This document shows, piece after piece, positions 62,167 through 64,000 of a stretch of DNA of 64,000 nucleotides. The DNA lies in contig CAWHEP010000008.1 of NCBI GenBank assembly GCA_963828525.1, positions 96,001 through 160,000 of the forward strand. Direction: 5' to 3'. Source of the stretch: an uncultured Verrucomicrobiae bacterium. Its GTDB lineage: Bacteria > Verrucomicrobiota > Verrucomicrobiia > Chthoniobacterales > Chthoniobacteraceae. Under the pieces are notes generated by a model. That model searched no databases. It had not been told where the DNA came from and was given only the letters and a program-made list of their open reading frames with translations. Each line of letters opens with the position of its first letter. Within the stretch, counting starts at the first letter, position 1. The translations under genes and the position numbers were made by a program.

Positions 62167-63954
62167 GTGAACGCTCCGGTGAGTGAAGGAGCGGCAGCGC
62201 GCTCCAACCTTAATCAGCGGCTTTTAAGGCTGCTGAAGATCAGGGTATGGCTCGGAGACTTCATCCGTCCGAGCGAACTGCAGGTGACGCTCTTCTGGGC
62301 AGGGATGATTGGCTTTCTGGGGGCATTGTCATCGCTGCTTTTCCGTTTTCTCTCGAACCGCATCCGTCTCTTTGCAACTGAGCGGCAGGACTTTACGGCG
62401 CTCAGCCCCTGGCGCCTGCTGCTCATAACGACCGGTGGCGGACTTCTGGCCGGGCTGACCATCGCGCTGGGGACCCGGCTCTATAAGAAAAATAGCAGCA
62501 CAGATTACATGGAGGCGGTTGTGCTGGGCGACGGCAACGTTCCCGTTCGTCCGAGTCTCACAAAGTCCCTCTCCGCTCTATTCTCCATCTCGTCCGGCGC
62601 CTCCATCGGCAGCGAAGGCCCCATCGTGCAACTTTCCGCCATGCTGGCCTCGCTCGTAGGCCGTTTTCAGAACCTCCCTGCTCCCCGGAGAAGACTCATG
62701 GTAGCGTGCGGAGCCGCGGCCGGCATCGCCTCCGCGTACAACGCTCCCATCGCTGGATCCATGTTCGTCGCGGAAATCCTGCTTGGGTCGCTGGCGATGG
62801 AAAGCTTTGGCCCGCTGGTGTTTTCCTCTGTTGTCGCAACGCTGACGCTGAGGCAATTCCGGGGTGAGACCGCGCTGTATGGCACCGCCCAGTTCCGGCT
62901 GAACTCCGCGTGGGAGACAGCGCCGTACCTGCTCCTGGGGCTCATGTGCGGCATGGCCGCGCCCTATTTTCTGCGGGGGCTTCGACTTAGCGAAAAGGCA
63001 TTCTCTCTGTCAAAGATGCCGATCCCGCTGAAGCTGGCGGCCGGAGGGCTCGTGGTGGGTTCAATGGCGGTGCTCCGTCCGGAAATCTGCGGCAACGGGT
63101 ATTCTGTCGTCGAGACCATCCTGGGGGGCGGCTGGCCATGGAAAACTCTGCTCGCCATTCTTATTCTGAAGTTGTTGGCGACGGCGACCACCTTCGGCTC
63201 AGGGGCTGTGGGGGGAGTCTTCACGCCGACACTGTCCATCGGCGCAAGCTTCGGCTACCTGTACGGAATCGCAATCGGGCATGTTTGGCACAGCACCGCT
63301 CTGAGCCCCAGCGCTCTTGCTCTTGTGGGGATGGGGTCGTTCCTGGCGGCGACCACGCACGCGCCCATCATGGCTATCATCATGCTCTTCGAGATGACGC
63401 TCGACTACCAGATCATCCTGCCGCTGATGCTGGGTAGCGTGGTGGCCTACTACACGAGCATGAATATTGAAAAGGGATCCATTTACTCGGAATCGCTGAA
63501 GAGAAAAGGAGCAGGCCTGTTCGAGCGTCAACTAGCGGATCTCCGCGTCTCCAATTTCATGAAGCCGAATCCGGCGTCGGTCTCCGTGACCGCCTCCTTC
63601 GATCAGATCGCCCAGAACTTTGTAACGAACCGGTTTAACTACCTTTACGTGACCGATAAAATGGACCGGTTCGCCGGAGTGATCTCGCTGCACGATATCA
63701 AGCCTTATCTCAATCAACCGGACATCGCGGAAATCGTAACCGCCAGGGATCTTATTCGCGAGGAGTTCGCGACCATCACGCCCGACGTTTCCCTGGCGGA
63801 AGCGCTGAAGACATTCCTCCATCACGACGGGGAGCGCATCCCGGTGGTGGATGGAGCAAGCAGCCGAAAGCTTGTTGGGAGCATCTCCAAGACAGACCTG
63901 ATCCTGTCGCTGGCCGAAAGTTCAACCCCAAAGAACGCTGCCATCGGAATCTAG
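62167..63954 (+). CDS. ClcB-like CLC chloride channel with two CBS domains
   Basis: DYMEAV, GASIGSEGP, ACGAAAGIASAYNAP, GAVGGVFTPTL, FEMT.DY, C-terminal CBS pair. Confidence 0.93.
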   Translation: MNAPVSEGAAARSNLNQRLLRLLKIRVWLGDFIRPSELQVTLFWAGMIGFLGALSSLLFRFLSNRIRLFATERQDFTALSPWRLLLITTGGGLLAGLTIALGTRLYKKNSSTDYMEAVVLGDGNVPVRPSLTKSLSALFSISSGASIGSEGPIVQLSAMLASLVGRFQNLPAPRRRLMVACGAAAGIASAYNAPIAGSMFVAEILLGSLAMESFGPLVFSSVVATLTLRQFRGETALYGTAQFRLNSAWETAPYLLLGLMCGMAAPYFLRGLRLSEKAFSLSKMPIPLKLAAGGLVVGSMAVLRPEICGNGYSVVETILGGGWPWKTLLAILILKLLATATTFGSGAVGGVFTPTLSIGASFGYLYGIAIGHVWHSTALSPSALALVGMGSFLAATTHAPIMAIIMLFEMTLDYQIILPLMLGSVVAYYTSMNIEKGSIYSESLKRKGAGLFERQLADLRVSNFMKPNPASVSVTASFDQIAQNFVTNRFNYLYVTDKMDRFAGVISLHDIKPYLNQPDIAEIVTARDLIREEFATITPDVSLAEALKTFLHHDGERIPVVDGASSRKLVGSISKTDLILSLAESSTPKNAAIGI

Positions 63955-64000
63955 CGAGCCTGCCTTGTCGGGATCTCAAGGGCAGTCACACGATTGGCGA

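Overview
GC-rich bacterial window, most likely Verrucomicrobiota (Spartobacteria/Chthoniobacterales-like; inferred from gene content, not from a search). About 1-45 kb is a very large surface-polysaccharide locus. It has two complete short-OPX(Wza)/outer-membrane beta-barrel/Wzc export sets, a Wzm/Wzt ABC transporter, Wzx/Wzy-like proteins, one WcaJ-like priming transferase, about 12 further glycosyltransferases, FkbM methyltransferases, three acyltransferases, an O-antigen-ligase-family protein, gmd and an exosortase-EpsI fusion, with ruvC and lipB embedded. A 306-bp near-perfect direct repeat brackets a 2.6-kb glycosyltransferase+acetyltransferase cassette. Housekeeping genes follow (metG, PpiD/SurA-like, recN, MBL hydrolase, TIGR03790-like, DUF2851-like, ECF sigma triad). 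At 55.7-59.9 kb is an accessory island with an orphan Rhs toxin-immunity pair, three degenerate 54-78 bp direct repeats, a 12-unit array of 11-12 bp period, a REP-like in-frame insertion and a REP-associated tyrosine transposase remnant. The window ends with a rhomboid-like gene, mazG, PTS IIA and a ClcB-like channel. Many genes, including essential metG, are broken by single-base frameshifts that are most simply assembly indel errors. No rRNA, tRNA or CRISPR array was seen. Family names come from motif recognition by eye, and identities are hand counts.
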